Part shown: positions 60,368 through 64,000 of the stretch, in pieces
How positions within the stretch are numbered: position 1 is the first letter of the stretch
Layout: every line of letters begins with the position of its first letter
Source of the DNA: Camelus dromedarius
Lineage: Eukaryota
DNA: 64,000 bases
Assembly: GCF_036321535.1 (NCBI RefSeq)
Contig: NC_087440.1
Span: 69,130,001-69,194,000, forward strand
Reading direction: 5' to 3'
The notes under the pieces: model-generated
Seen by the model: the letters and a program-made list of their open reading frames with translations, nothing else
Told to the model about the DNA's origin: nothing
Databases searched by the model: none
Translations under genes and position numbers: made by a program

Positions 60368-60900
60368 TGTGTTTTATAATGCTTTGATATTTTAGGAGCG
60401 GTTGCTAATTCAGGAGAGCTGCCCCTCCTAGTGCTAGCTGACTTGGAGATAACAAATCTTTTCCTTGGACACACCTTTCATATGTAAACTAATCTACCTA
60501 AAGCCCATATTTCCAATCACCTCCTTTATCTAACTTTTGCATACCAGGCAAATATTTCCCCTGCCCTAAACCACGCCAGGGCTAGGTACCAGACAACTAG
60601 GGAACACGTCCATAAGCCAGAGCCCACCGAAATTATTCAATCAATCCAATCCTAAATTTACTCAAGTTTGCCTACTCTGCCTTGCCCATTTCTTTTCCTG
60701 GAAACCACAATAAAGGCTCTGGGCCATGCTCTCCTTTTGCTGCTTTTGCCCCCTGACTAATTTCCCCATGTGGCTCTGTGTCGTATGGTGTACCTTTCCT
60801 TTTGGGAACTGTAATAAACTATTCTTTCAAAGCAGTTGTCTCTGTGTCTGTCCTGTTACCATACATGATTAAAACAAAATCCTGGGTACAAATTAAAACA
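60368..60900 (+). mobile_element. ERV1 solo LTR (MER39-like)
   Basis: gagagctgcccctcctagtgctagc, gggctaggtaccagacaactaggga, gagcccaccgaaattattcaa, aataaaggctctgggcc, ends taaaaca. Confidence 0.85.
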
Positions 60901-62204
60901 AAGCTTCATATCTGAAAACTTCCTTTCCCTTTACTTGTTTTTCCCTAGAAGCCTGCTTTAAAGAGATTTGCTTTGGTAAGTCACCCTGAACCTTCAGACT
61001 AGTCCTCTTTGTTCTATTTTCTCAAAACAGTACCTTGACCTTCAGCATATATCCCAATTGTAATTAATAATTATTTGTATAGTTATTAGATAGTTGTCTT
61101 CCATAATAAAAAGTAAACTTATGAAGACAAAGGTCTTATTTATCCCTGTATCTCCAGTGATTAGCATAAGTACTTATTAAGTATTTAAGGAAGGAAGAAA
61201 ATCACCTTGGTTGCTTCCACTAGACATTTTTGTTTTTTAAAGCAACTTCAAAAGGAAAAAAAAAGAATCTGATGAACATTAAATGACTGAAATTTTAGTA
61301 TCATTCCAAGCTCACAACTAATTTAATCACTATGCATATACTGTATTTTATAAGCTTATATTTAATGTGTATGCATTATTTGGATTTCATATTTGTGACT
61401 TCATATGAAAAATAAGTGCAAATACTATTATTTTGGTGGTTATATGACATTTTATTGTGTTATACAACATCATTTGCTTACCTATAGGGCATTACTTATT
61501 CCTACTTCTCCTACTAGCCCTAAGCATCAGGTTTGGTCTGGCCAGTATTCAGTGGCTGCTGCACTTGCTTTTCAAGAATACATGGGAAGGGCACACAGCA
61601 GAAATGTAGTATATTCCCATAGAAGCTTCTGCTTCAGTTCCCTACGTGGTCTTTTCCCCTGGTAAACTGAACTAGACCATGTGGGGCCCCTTAACCAAGC
61701 AGCCAGATCTCTTCCATCTTCTGGACTACACTGTAGGCTTATACACCATGGCCTTTCATGAGAGAGGAGGCAACAGTGAGCCACAGAGAAGAGACCCTTG
61801 ATTACTTCACAGAGAGGTCTTTAGCCCTATAGTCCTATGGAAGGGTGTGGTGCTATTGTTACATTTTGTCTTTGCAGAATAAAGAGAACATCCACGTGAG
61901 GTTATGGGATATGATGTAATGCTTGGTCTGAAGTTGTGATGAAAAACTGTATAAAAATTGTTTCATTTCTCTTTCGGGTTATTTCTATTGAGGAAGCAGT
62001 ATTTCTAGGCTGAAGAAATGAGTAATATTATGGTCTATGTGTTGCTGGTTTGTTCTCTATTAAAAAATGGACACTTTTATAATACCAGCGGTACGTAAGT
62101 GTACCTAATTTGCTACAGTCCATTGAAACCATTAACACAATATCTTGTATTTTTGCTAGCATAATTTGTGCAATATTACATACATTTCTTTAAGTAATTA
62201 TTTA

Positions 62205-62340
62205 AAATTTTTAACAGCTTTATTGAGCTGTAATTCACATATTGTACAATTCAAACATTTAAAGTGTACAATTCAGTGGTTTTTAGTCTATTCACAAAGT
62301 TGTGGAACTATCACCACAGTCTAATTTTGGAACATACTTA
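62205..62340 (-). mobile_element. L1MB 3' tail
   Basis: ttaacagctttattgagctgtaattcacata...agtgtacaattcagtggtttttagt. Confidence 0.8.
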
Positions 62341-62564
62341 AATTTCATTTTAATTTCACTTCTTTACTTGTTAGAGAGGGGATGCATTTTTTTCAGGATA
62401 AAAAATAACTGAAAGGTAGAGAGAAATTAAGATAAACTTTATTTGTTCGGCTAACTGTATGTAACATTACTTATTATATACTTTCTTTCAGTCACTGGGT
62501 AAATTAGTAAACTGGCTCAGTATCATCAGTCAGAAGTATCCTAATCCATGTTTTCTTTTTTTAG

Positions 62565-62864
<300 letters not shown>

Positions 62865-64000
62865 TAAGGTATTTGTTAGAATGTGGAAAAACCTTTATTC
62901 CTTTTCCACTGTTTGGCTATAACTTTATATGACAGTTCTTAGCTTGCCAAAGAATGGTGTTGTTTTCCATATTTACTTCTCATATTTTACATATATAAAA
63001 TAAAACCTGAGCTATAAGCATAAAAAAATGTTTTATTCTAAGAACTAGAAGGCCCCTTATAGTTGTATGCTTTAAAGTTTCCTGAGAAATTACCACTTGA
63101 CTTAAGAAATTCATTTCGTTTATGCTTGAAATTCCATCTTGTGTCAGAGAAAACAATAGCTATCTCACAAGTGAATGTGAAAATTAAATGCTATGGTAAA
63201 TGTGACTAAGGCTTTGTAAAAAGCTTTATAAAATTTTAGTATTTTTTGTGATTATAAATTCTGAAAAAGATACAAGTGATAGGCAGGGGACATTATGCAG
63301 TCATTTGTCATCTTAATGGTACTAGTAAAATATATTTAACTAGTAATTGCTTAGCAGGAAGTGAAAAAAACATTCAGCAGTTTCTGGTTTTCCCTGTCAT
63401 TGTGCTGTAGTGGGAAATGGAGCAGTTGGGGAGAGTTTAGAAATGTTTGAGGAGTAGATATTAGAAATGAGGAAGAGGAAATTCAGAAGGGATGGAAAAA
63501 TGATATTTGCTGAACACAAACTTATCTCACAATGTTTTTATATTGGCTTTACTAATGAGTAACTATTACCTGCAGGATACATTTCTGTGTAGTGTGCTTT
63601 AGACCTTTCTGTGTACTGTAGACTTACCTTTAACCACACAGCAGATTTAACTGACAGCCATTTAAAAGTGATGATTACAAACTGCCATTTTCTTTCTTTG
63701 TGGCAGTTTAACTACGAATCAAAACAAGGTGGTAAATTTTGATTACTTTTGGTGGTTTTTTAAATTTTTCCCAAAATTATTCAATTCCTTAAAATTATTA
63801 ATTTTTTTTGATTCACCCTATGTTACAGATAAGAAAACAGACACAGAAAATATAAGAGAAGTATAGTTAACTATTGCTTGGGCCTGGTAAACATATAAAT
63901 AGAAAATGCTAAAAAGCTGAGAGAGACTTCATTAAATTAAACTAGAAGAAATTGTATCACACCTTCCTTACATTTCTATGGAACATTTTAAGGACAGGAG

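Overview
Mammalian genomic DNA, almost certainly camelid: seven tRNA-derived SINEs match the camelid Vic-1 family. The genus cannot be determined from this window. The only protein-coding sequence I can support is the 5' part of PTGR2 (prostaglandin reductase 2) on the + strand: CpG-island promoter and non-coding exon 1 at about 50.4-50.5 kb, then coding exons 55201-55237, 56230-56348 and 62565-62756, giving 116 codons in one frame with GT-AG boundaries. The gene continues beyond the window. A second CpG island at about 5.3-6.8 kb has a minus-strand splice donor. From my recollection of mammalian synteny (MIDEAS/ELMSAN1 lies head-to-head with PTGR2), it is most likely the promoter and non-coding first exon of MIDEAS, which would make 1-6.35 kb MIDEAS intron. 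The roughly 44 kb between the two promoters has no credible CDS and is a mosaic of L1, L2, MIR, MaLR/ERV LTRs, Tigger/hAT MITEs and Vic-1 SINEs. There are four N gaps. Most entries in the ORF track are artefacts (GC-rich DNA, GTG/TTG starts, N runs, L1 ORF2 remnants). I found no new protein-coding system. The best unexplained signals are non-coding: a diverged ~80-bp duplicated element at 16.9/18.2 kb; a kink-turn/SECIS-like hairpin at 41.3 kb; a D-box, CRE, E-box and RORE set around the putative MIDEAS promoter; a near-perfect PORE octamer palindrome; and a composite MER2-like MITE present twice. Repeat family names and motif consensuses are from memory and need RepeatMasker/Dfam confirmation; repeat boundaries are approximate unless a TSD is quoted. 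Chance estimates are my rough mental arithmetic.
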